Positions 1 through 14,200 of a stretch of DNA of 63,682 nucleotides are shown here, piece by piece. A program made the translations under genes and the position numbers. The stretch spans positions 377,444 to 441,125 of the forward strand of contig NW_008246110.1 of NCBI RefSeq assembly GCF_000281045.1. The letters are read 5' to 3'. Under the pieces are notes generated by a model. The model worked only from the letters and a program-made list of their open reading frames with translations, was not told the origin of the DNA and made no database searches. Position 1 is the first letter of the stretch. Every line of letters begins with the position of its first letter. Origin of the DNA: Saprolegnia diclina VS20 (taxonomy: Eukaryota).

Positions 1-3000
1 TGGCCGCCCGACTGGAGCAGCAGCAGCTTGTCAAAGAGCTCGAAAAGGACGGTCGACGGCTGGTGGATTGTGCACACGACCGTGCGACCCGACTGCGCAA
101 TGCGCTTGACGCACTCCATGACGATCGTGGCGGCGCGCGAGTCGAGACCGGTCGTCGGCTCGTCCAGAAAGAGAATGCTCGGGTTCGAGAGGAGCTCGAC
201 ACCAATCGTGACGCGCTTGCGCTCGCCCAGCGACAAGGCAAAGAGCTGCGCGTTGGCGCGCGCCTGGAGCTCGAGCACGACCAAAACATCGCGCACAAAG
301 CCCGCGCGCTCGCCCGCAGACGTCGACGACGGCAGCCGCAACGCCGCGCAAAAAAGGAACGCCTCGACGACCGTCGACGTCTCCTCGTAGATATCAAACT
401 GCTCGCAGTAGCCCATGAGGATATTGAACGTCGTGCGGTCCATCGGGTGGCCGTTGACATACAGGTCGCCGGCAATGACACCGGCCGTCTTGCGCCCGGC
501 GATGACGTCCATGAGCGTTGTCTTGCCGGCCCCCGTCGAGCCCATGAGCGCCGTGAGCGTCCCGGGCTCAAAGCAGCCGTGGATGCCCTGGAGCAGCTGG
601 CGGCTACTCTTTTGCTTCTTGGCGCCGACTTGGATCGTGTACGAGAGGTCGCGGAAGGCGAGCGTCACAGGCGAAAACGCGAGGCTGTTGAGCCCACTCT
701 CGTCACTCGCATCGAGCACAGCAATGAACGTCGCGTCGGGGGTCGTCGGCGTCGCCAGTGCCATCTCGCTCAAGTCAAACGAGAGACTACGCGCAGCGAC
801 GCTGTTGCTCATCGCGTCGTCCGTGTGCCCCGCGTGCGCCGGGCGAATGCGCACGTACGTGTAGAGCACGGTCGTGAGCGCGAGCTCGACGACGTAAAAC
901 CCGAGAAGGAAGAGGACGCTCGACCAAATGTAGTCGTCGTTGATCGAGAAGCCAAAGGCGTCGAGAGCGAGGTTGCCGACGCGGCCGACCTTTTGCACAG
1001 GCGTGTCGTAGAGCGGTGTCGACGTCAGAAACTCGTTTTGGACCGCGGCCCGGAGCGCCCACGCCATGGGGTTGCACCAATAGAGCCACTGCCACCCGGC
1101 GGAGATCGACGGCCCCGGCATGATGTACCCGGACGAGACCATGTGCAAGCACATGGCAAACATTGAGAGCACCTTGGCGAGAACGGCGTCGGGCGAGATC
1201 GCAGTCCACAGCTTAAAGAACTGCGTGTACACGAGCGACGTCAAGTACACAAGCCCGACAAAGACGCCAAAGTTGCCGTGGAGACCCACACCAAAGTAGA
1301 GCGGCGAGCAAAAGGCGAGTGCTTGGGGCAAGGTCCAGAGCCACTCGAGGAGCGCCTCGGAAATCGCATACGTCGAAATCGGGAAGAAGTGAAAGGCCGA
1401 CTGCTTGTAGAGCACATGGCGACGTGAGATACCCGACTCGATCGACGTGAGCGTCGCCAGCGCTTGGAAGAGCAGCGCGAGGAAGAAGAGCGACATCTTG
1501 ATCGGCACGAGCGCAGCTTCTTCGGACGCCGTCGTAGCTTTTCGACCAATGTCGAGGAAGACCGTGCCGATGATCGAACCCATGACCAGCGCCTGGGCAA
1601 AGCGCGACTTGTTGAACTTCTTGTCGCGGATCGATCGATGCCTTGAGCGTCCGGCCAAAGACGACACCGAAGCTCCTGCCGTAGCTCAGTCTACTGTGCT
1701 GCGTCACAGGCTTGGACGAAAACGTCCACTCGAGCTTATTGGTGGCCGCGAGCTGGCGCCGAAGGGCGGCGTGCGCGGTGCTCTCACGGAAGCGCGCGGC
1801 AAACTGACTGCGCTGCGTGGGGCGACTTGCCACGGGGCAGCTCGTAGTTGCAAAGCGCACACCCAGCGGCGTCGTGACCTCTTGGAGAAAATCGGCAATG
1901 TCCTTGCGGGCCGGGCAGACATAGCCCAAACTTTCAAAGTACGCAGGTAACTCGGTGCGCGGGCCGTTGTAGATCATCTCGCCCTTGTCGAGCACAATGA
2001 TGTCGTCAAAGAGATCGTAGACTTCGGGCGGCGGCTGCAACATCGACATGACCACCGTCTTCTCGAGCAGCTCGGCCATCGTGCGAATGGCCCTGGCAAT
2101 GTCGAACGTCGTCGAGGCGTCGAGGCCGTTGGAGAACTCGTCAATGAGCAGCGTCGGCGCACGACCGGTAAGCATCTCGGCAACCGTCACGCGGCGCTTC
2201 TGACCGCCCGAGACGCCGCGGATCATGTCGTCACCAAGTGGCGTGTCGGCGCACTCGGTCAAGCCAAACACCGAGATGAGGATGTCAACCATGTGCTCTT
2301 CGTTCGCCGCGAGCGGGTCGTCGACGTCGACCGTGCCCACGAGGCACTTGTGCGCAAAATCGAGCGTCTCCTTGACCGTGAGCATCGGGTAGTGGTGGTC
2401 TTGCTGCTGCACGTACGTCGTGAGCGACGCGAGGTCGACTTGGTCGGGCGTGCACCCGTTGTACGTGATAGTGCCCGTGAGCGCCTCGTTCGATCCCGGC
2501 TTGGTGAGACCCGCAATGAGCTTGAGCAGCGACGTCTTGCCGCAGCCCGGTGGCCCCAGAATCTACCAACATTGAGAACGCTACTCAAAATGTTTTCAGA
2601 TTTGGATACCAGTGTCATGGACCCGGGCTTGAGATGCGCATCAATGTTGTTGAGAATGACCCGTGTCTGGATCGTCGTGCAAGATAACGACGGCGGCGAG
2701 AAGGACGACGCGAGCGTCTGCACACTCGAGTCCGATGGCTTGACCTTGGCCGTGTAGCTCACGCCGCGGAGGCGGATCTCGGCCGTTGGCACTTGCGACG
2801 TCTGGCAAAGCTTGGCTCGGATCTGCTTGATGAGGTTGCGGAAGCCAAGCGCCTGGATGTTCTCCTTCGTAAACACCGTCGAAATGATCTGCTGCGTGCT
2901 CGTCGGGTCCTGGTTGCGCTGGCTGCTCAGAATCACGTCTTGCGTGATGCCATGGCTCTGGCAAAACGAGTCGAATAGAAACGTCGCGCGACCTGGCGAC

Positions 3001-3098
3001 ACCACGTCGTTGTCGGTTGCCCATCCGCCATCGCGGTCGTCGTGGTGGCTGGCGACGGCGTGGGCCAGCGAGAGAAGACTACGACTCGACGCGGTCAT
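1..3098 (-). CDS. Full-size PDR-type ABCG transporter (NBD1-TMD1-NBD2..., runs off the window edge); apparent frameshift near 1630
   Basis: ATG at 3098; intron 2563-2609 gives Walker A ILGPPGCGKT. NBD1 has signature VSGGQKRRVT, LLIDEFSNGLD and LQPPPEVYDLFD. TMD1 has WLYWCNPMAWALRA. NBD2 has LMGSTGAGKTTLMDVIAGRKT, GYCEQFD, LFLDEPTTGLD and CTIHQPS. The frame changes at GATCGATCGAT (1629-1639). Confidence 0.93.
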
Positions 3099-3541
3099 GG
3101 CCAATTTAAGAGTACGAGCACAAGGAGCAGAAAATAAGACTCGTACGTTTTCTGCGGTCACGTCTCGGATGTTGGCGGTTGCGTTGTCCGCTGTTTGATC
3201 GCGATCGTCAGGTCGTCGGTGACGTGATCGCATTGGCCGTTTCATCGACCAATCATATGCCGCCTAAAACATATGTTGACGCAATCATTGGAACGTGCGG
3301 CCAGGAACGCTGTACAGGTCCCGCGCACGATGCAGTACACTCCAAGAATGCACCTGTCGCAGCGTCCCTGTACACGATCGCATACATACATACATTGGAC
3401 AATAGTGTGCTTTTGTCGTTGTATCGCATCTCTCCGTACGCAGCTCACTCCCAACGACCAAGTGCTGGTGCCAACTCCCACGCATTCAGCGTAGCCAAAT
3501 ACAAAGCTAACTGTGGATGAACCACACTTCACTGCGACTTG

Positions 3542-5057
3542 TTAGTGGTTGCTCACGTCGAACGAGTCTTTGACGAGTGCGCCAAGCGCCGTTGCGCGCT
3601 GGTTGCCACTCGACGCCATCTCGCGCGACAACGCCAAGTGCCGACTTGTTGGCACCGCTGTCGTCGCACGCTTCGTCGAGCCGCGCGTCACCGGGTCTGT
3701 GTTGTTGGTGACAAAGACCTCGTCCATGGTCGTCTGCCACACAGGCACTGCAGCTTGGACTCGCGCTACCTCGCAGGTCGCTGGCCGCAGCGGACGAGGG
3801 ACGATCAGTAGAGTCGGCGGTGGCATTTCACGGCAGCCGTCGACTGGCGACGTTGCATGTAACAGCAGCTTTTCCTGGACGTCTCCCTGTACGTTTGGTC
3901 GCAAATCGGTGCCCGGCTCGGGCATGCAACGAGGCGTGGCGTCCGTCGTGCGTATCTGGTCGTCCGAAGCCTCGCAGCTGCCGTAGGGCGCTGCGCCGAG
4001 GACCTTCGTCGTCTCGTGCTTGTCAAGAGCGCTGTCTTCAAGACTAGTTCGATCAGCGGGCTCCCGCCAGTCGCCGGGGCGCTGGCCCTCGGCAAATGTC
4101 ACCGTCTTCTTCTTCTTCTTCCTCTTCTGCTCTGTCGATGGCAGGCTGCTGCGACGGATTTGGTTCCCACTTGGAGCTTTTATCAAGGACGAAGACTTTG
4201 ACGTGGAGATGGCAGGTTGAAGCCGGCGACTGCGCTCGGTGGTGGCGGGCGATGCGGTCACCAAAGCCACTCGACTCGATACGTCTCGCGGTCGCAATAC
4301 CTCGGTTGGCAGAACGCTCACAAACAGTTCGTCGGGAGCCCTTGGTCGCACGTCAAGAGCGCATGCCGACGCCCTACACCGCACCTGCATGAGCTTACGA
4401 AGCGCAACTAGACCGCATACTGCTGCTGCTGGCGATCGTCGGACGTCCCTTGTGGCAGGTACTCGTCATCTGGTGGAGAGAGGCCAATATCGCTGTCGTC
4501 ACAGTCTAGCATACGATGGCAACCGAGACACAGACCGTACAGGCCGCACCGAGAAAGTCCAGCCGCGTGGCTTCGAGTGCTGGGTCGTTCGAGGACGAGC
4601 GCTTGCGCAGCATCTCGGGCGTGACGTGTGGCGTCCACGCGCCATGCGTCGGCGGCGTCGATGCTACGTGTGCGCTCTGTCGACGCGCCGGCAAGCCCGT
4701 TTGGTCGAACAGAGACGTCGGTGGCTGCGCTTCGTCAAAACTGCGCTCGCGCACCGCTCGTGGTGCTTCAACATAGCTGGTAGGAGACGATAATGCCGTC
4801 GCGGCGGCTCGTTTCGAGGTCACACCTGCCGGTGGCGACGTCATCAGCGCCACCTCGGTCGATTGCTCAAGGTACGCGGCCCACGGCGTTCGAAGCGGTG
4901 CGACAACACGCGTCTCATTCTTCGCGTGGTCGACGCTCCGGCGTCGCGGCGAGACCAGCGGCTCTCTTGCTGTGGCCGACAGTGTCGTGTCGAGATCGGC
5001 CAGGCAGACACGCTTGGCGCGCCCGCGCGTCACCGCCTCCCGTCGCCGCTTGCTCAT
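3542..5057 (-). CDS. Hypothetical low-complexity Ser/Thr/Arg-rich protein, about 3 exons
   Basis: ORFs 4506-5084 and 3542-4390 can be joined through a short middle exon by two GT-AG introns (about 4507-4540 and 4374-4420). Basic NLS-like run KRKKKKK. No recognisable domain. Confidence 0.5.
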
Positions 5058-5211
5058 CAAGCTACTTCTGCGTGACGCGTGCAATCACACAATAGGCGCG
5101 ATCTTGCCAAGCGGCGCCGATCTTAGTTCTTCGAGAAATCTTTGCCGACGCTTCCTCCTCCTCCGACGCGCTGCGGTGCAACAGTCATGCTAGTCTTATC
5201 GTCGTGTTAGG

Positions 5212-8200
5212 CTACGCGATAAGGATACCGCCGAGGCCAAAGTTGATGGTCGCCAGCAGCATCTCGTGCATCTTTTGCTTGGTCGTATACGGCGGCAGCT
5301 CGACCGAGAAGAAGCACGTGTGGGCGACTGGCAAGCTCAACGCGGCGTCGCGCCCGCCCTTTTTCGTGAGCTTGAACGGCTGCGGCCACTTGCCCCGGGG
5401 AAGGCGCGACCGGCCCCACGCAAAGCGCACAAAGTCGGAGCGCTGCTCGTCCGAGAAGGACGCCATGACGTCCCAGAAGAGCTGGACTGTCTCGTCGTGC
5501 TCCGTGTAGCCATCGTAGCGCGTGTGCTGGCGCCAGATCGCAATGTCGATCTTTGGGCTGCCGCACGTCAGCATCTCCATCTCTTGCCACGTGAGAAGCG
5601 TCAATACCCGCAGCGGGAAGAGCGCTGCGAGCCCTCGCCGCATCGCGTTGCATTGAACGTCGACTTCGTGCAAGCGGTAGCTTTCCACGAGCCGGCAGTA
5701 CTCGCTTCGGTTGGCAAAGGTCACGGCAAGCGAAGCGCCGTTCGGGACGAGCTCGACGAGCTGCCCGTTCGAGCCAAAGGTCGTAAAGCGCAGCTCCAAG
5801 TCGGCAAACGCGGTCTGAAACTGCGCGTCGTTTGTGATCCCGTCGGCCTCGCAGTCGCGGATCCCATCGAGCATCTGGACGAGGAGCGCGTCCGTGCCCT
5901 CGAGGTCGGCGCGGTCCACCGGCTGCTGCAAGAGGTGCTTCCACACGAGCGGGCAAAATGCAAACGGAAAGTCGCCGCGGGTCCGTAGGGAAATGCCCTG
6001 CGACGCCACATGAGTATCAATCTTTCAACGTATCAAGGTGGCACGTACGAGCAATTTGCCAACGAATTCGAGCATTTGAATCGCTACCGGCGACGTGCAC
6101 CGGCTGTTGGGAAGGTACATGCCTCGGTTGAGCCCTAGCCCACACGACAATATGATGAGAGAGCACTAGCATGGACTTGGATTGTCCACTATAACAAGCG
6201 GGCAGATGGAATACCAGTGTTGTGCTGGCCGTTGGGACACAGCAGAAACAGGGCGAAGTGCGCACCGAAGAGGTCGTCGACCATCGAGTTGGTGCCTTCA
6301 CGGTACACGCCGCCCCAGTCGACGCCCTCCTCGCCGCGGAATTTGACGCTGAAGAGCCGGCCTTTGCTGTCGATTTTGCGCCGAAGGGCTTTCGTGTCGA
6401 CGCTCTGCAGCTGCCGGAACGCTTGCGCGAAGAAACACTCGGAGACCGACGGCTCCACCTCGCGGTCTTCGCGGGACTCGAGCGCGCGTAGCCGATCGAG
6501 CGTGATGCGCGCCGTCGCGTTGGCGTTGGTCGTCTCGGTGGCCACGCCCGTGGCTTCGATCGCGGCCTCGACGACCTTTTGCTTGGCTTCGAAAAAGATG
6601 CAGTGGCTCAGCGACCGCAGCTACCACGTGCTCCTGAGCTACGCTGCGGTATCGCGTCATGTACCTTGTGGGCAATGGACCACGACGACGTGACGTCGCT
6701 GAGGTCGAGCAGTGGCATGCACGCTGCAAGCCGCGCGTTGAAGCAGCGCAGCAGTGCGTACCGGAGCTGAATCTACAAGCAACAATACGTGAGCGTCATT
6801 GAATCGACATGCGACGCAGACGGTCGAGAGCGGCAGATGCAAAAGCAGCGAGCACCGAAGCCCGTCCAAGGTCGGATGGATGCGAATGTCGGCCGGCGCC
6901 AAGTCGGTCGCGGGGCCGCTGCCGTCGAGCAACGGGTTCTCCATGTGCAAATTGACCCAGTCGACGAGCTGCGCGTCCATGGCGTTGGTCCATCGCATAG
7001 CTTGCAACGCCGCCAGACTCGCCTCGAGGGACTGGAGGCTGCAGCGCGCCAGCTGCCGTTCCAGAGCCAGACCCACCGCCGTGATCGTCATCGAAAGCCT
7101 TGGCGACGTCGCACGCGGCGTATAAGTGTACCGGACGGCGTTGCCAGCGATTTCCATCACCTCGGTGACGACGATCGGTGTCCAAACAATGGCCGCGTCG
7201 TCGACACCGTCGTCGGGCACGATGGCCGACGCCATCTCGAGACCGTCGTACTCGGTCAAGCGCGCATCGAGGCACACCCGAAGCGAGTGGGCCCCGGGGT
7301 ACACAGTCTCGCCGCGCGTGGCGTCCTCGACGACGGTCGACGCACCGTGCACATCGAGCCAGAGAAGCGTGACGAGGTCCTGCGAGAGCGGCGCCGAGGG
7401 GTCTTGGGCTAGATGCGCGGCCAGCTGCATGGTCTCGTAGATGACGAGCAGGAGATTTGGCGCTTCCGAAGGCACGAGCAACGGCGGCGCGATCGGCGTC
7501 ACCAACCTCGGCACGTCGGCGCTCGCGTGTTGGACAACGACCGCGAGTTCGAGAAGCTGCAACAGATGCGACGACACAAACGGCTTGCCCTTCTTGAGCT
7601 CACTCTGCGCTTGCGCCAGTGCGAGTTGGCCCATGCGCTGAAGCGGCGTCAAGTCTGGCAGCGTAGCGAACGCCGAGATGTTGGCGAGGAGCTGCAAAAG
7701 AAGCTGAATGACCTTGTGTTTCTTCGGAGCCCGCGGCGACTGGAGGTACTGCACCAGCGCGCCGTAGACGCAGTCGTTGTGCACCGACGGCGGCGAGACG
7801 CGCTGCAAGAGGAACTCGAGGAGCCAGCACGCATACTCGAGCGACGGCTGCGTGAGCACGTCGGCTTCGTTGCGCCATTGAATACTGGGCACCGCCTGCA
7901 CCTGCAGCCGAAAGCCGTAGCTCGTCGCTGCCTCGTTTTCTTCGGCCGCAGAAAACTTGAGCCAAAACGTCGCTTGGGGCACCCACACGTCCGTGAACGG
8001 CTTGGTCGCCGAGAACGTTGCGAGTTGCTGCTTGCAGTCGACGTCAGCGTACAAACTGAGCGTCGTCTTGCCCACCAAGAGGCTCCGCTTGTCGAAGATG
8101 ACGCGCACGGTCGGTGCACTCGGGCCGTGGACGACTGCAATGTACTCGGCACGGTGGTAGTACGGGTGCAAGGACTCGACATCGACGCTCGTTGTCGGCG

Positions 8201-11200
8201 ACCCTTCTTGGGCCACTTTGGTCGAATCGACAAAGTGTTGAATGCACTCGGCGACGAGCACGGGCGTCACCGGACTCTTCTCGATCGCGACGAGCGCCAC
8301 GAGCTTGGTCTCGAGCGCGTCTTTGAGCGGCGCAATGTGCCCCACGTCTTGCGCTGCAAAGGACCCGGCGGCCACGAGTTTGAGCAGCTGGACAAACGAC
8401 GAGGCGCCACCGACCATCGCGAGGACTTGGAGCGGGTCGGACGTGGCCATGACCAGTCCGACGATCGCGTGGCGGGCGTAGTACGTCGAGAGCGCTTGCT
8501 CGGTTCGCAGCGCGACCGCGTAGATGCTCTGCACGTCGACGAGCGGTTCGTCAAACACTTTGATCCAGCGTTTTGCGTGCGTTGGCGCTACGTACGCCTC
8601 TTCCATCGCGCCGTTCTCCGTGTTGAGGAACGCGAGCAGCACGCCGTGGGACGGGTGGCAGCGCACGAGCGTCCCGGACCGGCCGGCGCTTGAGAGCCGC
8701 GGCACCGGGCCCACCGTCTCGGCGACCGTCAAGACGAGGTTGGTCGGAAGGTAACTGGGGTCCAAGGGTGCGATTGCCCCCGACGGCAGCCGCGCCAAAA
8801 TCGGTGCCAGCGTCGCCGCCATGAGACCCGTGTCGACCAACGCCGGTGCGTCATCCGTGCCCGAGGTAGCTTCGAGGAGGAGCATGTCGGGCTGCTCGGC
8901 GACTTCCAGCGCGGCGGCGTCATCAAGTGACGCGTCCGACGCGTGGCAAAACGCGTCCGTTTGAAGATTCAACGGCGTCGAGAAGCGCCGGCCGTGCTCC
9001 ATGAGCCACTCGACGGCGCGGTTCGAGTCTTGGCCGCAGAGGTCGAGCGCCATGAGGATCAGCCGTGGCGGACAGCCCGAAATGAGCTGCAAATCGCGTA
9101 TCTTTTCGTCGCGCGAGGCGTCCTGCACGGCAACGGTCGCCCTCGCCGCCGCTGCATGCGCCTCGCGCTGCCGCTGCTGCTGCCGGAAGCGTTCCGCGGG
9201 CTCGCCCATGAGCCACTCGACAGCGGCGTTCGGGTCGTCACGGGCGTGCTCGAGCGCGGCCAAGCACAGTTCCATTTCAAACCCCATCGCTGCCAGCGTC
9301 GAGGCAAAGCCCTGTCGCGTCGGTGGCACCGTGTCCAGCGACGACGACGACGTTGACGTTGACGGCGGCGGATCCACAACGACCGGCGCAACCGGCTCGG
9401 GCACACCGCGAAACATCTGTGGGCCCAAGGGCGTCGACGCTTCAATGAGGCGCGAGAGGATGCTGCGACTCCGCTCTTGCAGGTCGACGACGCTCACAAA
9501 CTGTGCGAGATGCAAGGGCGTCAGCGCCGTCGCCAAGAGACTCGAGAGCGTCGTCACGGCCTCGTGCTGCATCGTCGAGTGGCGCAAGAACGACTGCAAC
9601 GCCAAGAGCGCGCGCGACCGGATCTGCGCTCGCCACAAGGACGCGTCGTCGTCAAGGCTCGCAAACTGCAGCAAAATTGGCATGAGCTCCAAGCTAAAAA
9701 TGGTCGGCCCGACCGACGGCGCCAGCTGCATCTCTTCGATCGGCGTCACCGCATGCCACGCCACGTCTTGGACGTTGTCGTCTTCGTCAAAGACGACGCG
9801 GGCCGTGGCTTGCACGCGGTGGATGAGCGTAGCGACCAGTGGCGGCGCCGTGTCACCGGTGACCACGTGCACCTTGCCGCCAATGCGGAAGCAGTCCGAG
9901 TGCGCACCGAGCACGCAGAGCGCACCGAGGGCCCGTAGCACCGTCGTCCGCGCGCGTAAGTTGCTCTCGAGCGACGGAAGCGCGCTCACGATCGGCGCGG
10001 CCTTGCGAATCGCGAGCCCGAGGACATCGGCCACCTTGGTGCGCCAGTTGGGCGTGTTGAGGAGCAGCCGAAGCAGCGCGACCGCCTCGGACGCAAGCGT
10101 CAAGTAGATCTGGCCGGTTTGGAATCCCAACGGATTCGAGAGCGACTCGGTCATCGACTGCGAGATGGTACTGTTGAGACTCGAGACGCCGCTGCAGATC
10201 GAGTCCGAGACGCGGTCCAAGAGCGTGTCGAGGAACACCGACTCTGTGCCGAGCAGCGCGCCGATCTGACTCGGTGCCACGGACGGCGCCACTTGCCGAA
10301 GAATGAGCTGCACCATGCGCTGGACGCGGGGCGACCCGAGCCGGAGAAGCATCACAAACTCCCGAAGCATGCTCGGTTTCGTCACGTGCTCGATCGCGGG
10401 GTACGTATGACTCTGCGAAAAGAGAAACCGGAGCAGCGAGAAGACGAGGCTCTCGATCTCCAACGGCTCGAGCACCTCGTTGAGGTTGGCCGCCATCACG
10501 ATCGGGATCGGCGTTGAGAGCGAGCGCAGCATGGACGGCTGCTGCGCGCGAATGAGGTGCTCGGCGTCGTGCAAGATGCGTGTCGCAGCGCTGAGCTCCT
10601 TCTCGACCATCTCAAACACCTTGCGGTGGAGCTCGATCGAGAACCAGAGACGCTGCGCAATCGGCAGCTCGAGCGCCGATGCCGCCGCCGCCGACTTGGC
10701 CGCATCGCTCAAGTCGGACTTCTGCTTTTCCCGAAGCGGTGCGACCACCGACGCTTTTTCTTGCCGACGCTTCTTGGCACTGAGCGCAGATTGAATGGCT
10801 TCAACTTCACAGCGCTCGCGGATGCCCGAGATGGCCACGATGCCCAAGTACTGAAACGCAAGGTACGCTGCGTCTTGCACCAGCCGCCGTGAGAGCACCG
10901 CTTCGTCGTAGCTGCGCGGCAACGGCGGCAACGATGCGCCCGCATCGCCTTCGTCGTCTGAGAACACAAAGTGATCTTCCACGGCCTCGAGAGCCTGGAT
11001 CTGCGTCTGGACGCATGTGACATGGCGCACCCACTTGGACGATTGCGACGACCGAAAGTGACGCTGGAGACGCGTCATGCCGTCACGGAGCGTGCGCCAG
11101 TCGCGCGCCGAAGCCACGTGCGACCAGAGGGGCACGTTGGTGCGGCTCCACTGGCACTTGGTGAGCAACGCGTTCCAGCCCGCGGGATTCGCATGGCTCG

Positions 11201-14200
11201 TCTCAACAAGCGAGAGCTCGCCGTCGCCTTCGTCGAGGTGCCAGCTCCAGAGAGGCTGCGGCGTTGCAAAGGGCTGTCGCCGGTGCAAGTTGGCGAGGAT
11301 CTCAGTCTGCGACCGCGCGCCTTGCCAGAGCCGCAACTGCGAGAAATAGCCTTTGAACTTGCGCTGGACAACGCCACTGTTGGTCGGGTCGGGCAGCCAG
11401 CTCCCGAGCCGACCGGCGCGCCACAGGACCTTGGTCGCGGCCTTCATGTAGTGTTTTTTCTCGGCCAAGAGACCATTCACGTACAACGAGAGCGACTTGG
11501 CGTCGTGGTCGTAGCTCACAGCGACGTGCTGCCACAGCGCGCAGTGAAACTCAAACGCAAAGAGCATCTCACGCGGGACCGCCCCCGCGATGGCGACTTG
11601 CAGCTGCCGCTCGACGAGCTCAATGTGCACCGACCCGTCGAGGAACCCGTGGTCGCTGCGCAAGGTGCTGTATCCCGAGAGTTCGTGGGGCAGCATCCAG
11701 AGCTCAAAGCAAAACGACGACGGCAGGGACGGCGGTAGCGCGGGGAGGTCGACCGTGCTGACGACATCGTCGCTCACGTTGAGCTGCAGCACCTTGTGCC
11801 CGAGCTCGGACGGCTTGCACCACTTGAGTCGCGTCGTGAGGCTGCGAAGGAAGGCCGCGTACATGGACACGGTCGACGAGCCCGTGAGACTCTTGCTGCT
11901 GTTGAGACTACCCGACTTCTGCGGCCAGAGCGCTTGCGCAATGGCGGGCGCTTGCCGGACCACAGTGAGGATGTTGCGCTTGGCGACGTCACCAGTGGCC
12001 AACATGCCGTCCCGCACGTAGCTCTCCGAGAGTGCGTACCACTCGGTATTGACCTGCGGCAGCTGCGAGAGCTCGGCGGTCGCGTCGTCCCGGCGCGCGC
12101 TCACGCTCCAGAGCTTGCTCAAATGCGCGATAATGTCGGCGCGCAGCAAGAACTCGTGGTCGCGGGGCTCAAAGTCAAGCGCCCACGCGCACATGAGGCT
12201 CTGCTGCAAGAGTGGCGACGTCGCCTTCGCGAGCATGGACGCCAAGAGCGTGTACAGATCGGCAAAGCTTGCTTGGACGTCGTCAAGCACCTTGCTCACA
12301 CAGCCTTCGAGGCCCTTGAGGTAGTGGTGCCGCACGGTCGGTCGGAACGCGATCGGATGCGACGGCTCCGAGTGCTCGACGTGCGTCTCGCGCGCCAGCT
12401 TTTCATCGTCAGTGAACCCGCGCAGCGCCGGCCGGAGGAAGAGAAGCGCGCCGTAGCGCGCCGAGTCGAACGAGAGGCTCCCAAGCACACTGCGCATGGC
12501 GTCAAGGCCAAAGATGCGCGCTTCCGACCGCGCATAGCGGCGTTCGAGAAGCGCATCCAAGATGGCGGGCGGCGCGCCAACGCCGTGCCGGACGTAGAGG
12601 TCGCAGGCTTTGACCATCGCGCTGAGGTAGGCCTCATCGTGCGCGTCGTCCGGGTCGTCGTCGTCGTCGGCTGCGTCATCGGCCAGCGTCGGGTCGCTTG
12701 GTTTCCGCTTGCTTCTAGTCTCTGTGCGCCACTTGTGCTGTGCGCGTAGCACTTGGACGAGCCCCGACCACTTGCGCGAGTCCGAGTCTGAGAGCGACCG
12801 CCAGCGATCCACCATGGGCTGCAGTGACGGCGGCGTCTGCGTCGCACTCCATTTTTCGGCCAAATTTGAGAGCGCGACTTGCGAGCTCAGGCCCCATTGT
12901 GTGTACTCGCCGGACGGCGGCTCGACGCTGCAGAGGAAGCGCGCGCGGTCAATGACGTGGTCGACAAACGTAGCAAACTGCTTGGGAGGCGTGAACGTCG
13001 CGTCGAGGCCCTACACCATGCACGACCCAGCTGAGAACGACCTCGTCCGCCTCGCAACAGTACGGTCGGTATCTCGGACGACGTGGCTTCGACCCGACCA
13101 AGTCGCTTGTCGTCTTCTTCTACCATGTCATACTATCAAGTTGATTCAAAAAAGAATAAATACCGGCGCCGAGCTTGGCCTTGTACTCGTGCTTCATCTT
13201 GATGAGCCAGTGGCGCAGCGTGAGGATGCTCCGCCACAGCACGAGCATCTCGGGCGACGGCACGATGCGCGCGACCGTCTCGGAGGCCGCGACGACGGCC
13301 TTGGCTTCCTGCACGAGAGGTGGCGGCGCGTGTTTGATGAGCGCAGCAAACATGTAGTGCTCGGCTTTCGGGTACTTTTCCTGGCGACGCCACATGGACA
13401 CGTCCGGCGCCGCGTCTTCGAGCCACCCGACAATGACATGCGCCACCGTTGGCAGCGACCGCGTGAACGCCGCGTCGCTCCAGAGACCGTCGTTCGTCTC
13501 GAGCGGCCGGCACATCTTCATCGAGTCTTTGCGCGGCCGTCGCTTCTCGTCAACGAGCGCAAACAACGGGTCGGCGCACTCGGCCCACTCTTGCTTGACG
13601 GCCGTGGCCCAATTCATGGACGTTGTCGACGACGACGAGTCGGCAATCCCACCCGAGAGCAGCTTGGACTGCAACCACGGCTGGAGCTCCTCTTCGACGC
13701 CATCCACCGGTGGGCCCGAGATGAGTGTGCCCGTGACACGCCCGGCCAGCGACGCTGTCGTCTCGAGAACATCCAAGAGCCACGGCAGCTGCAGAGTCGA
13801 CTTGGCGATACCACCGGTGCGGATCTCGACCACGTCGTGGAGGCCGTAGACCGACACAGCTGGCAAGCACGCAGTTGGAAACGTGAGATCGCCAAGCGGC
13901 GCGGACCCGAGCGACGTGCCATTGTACGCAAACGCCAATGTGTTGGCATCAAAGTCGATCGTGAGACTGCAAATGTCGCCATGGTGCAGCGTGATGCGCG
14001 GCCCGTACGCATGGCGGGTCCCGTAAACCCAGACGGCGCCGATCGCTGGCATCCAGCCGATACTGGCGTACGCAGCGTCTTGGCCGAGAAAGACGGCGCT
14101 GATGGGGTGTCGAAGCGCGTCCGAGACCGCTTCGACACCGACGACCACGTGGCCTGAGACGCCGCCGCCGACGCGACTGCTCTTGACGACAAACTCGATC

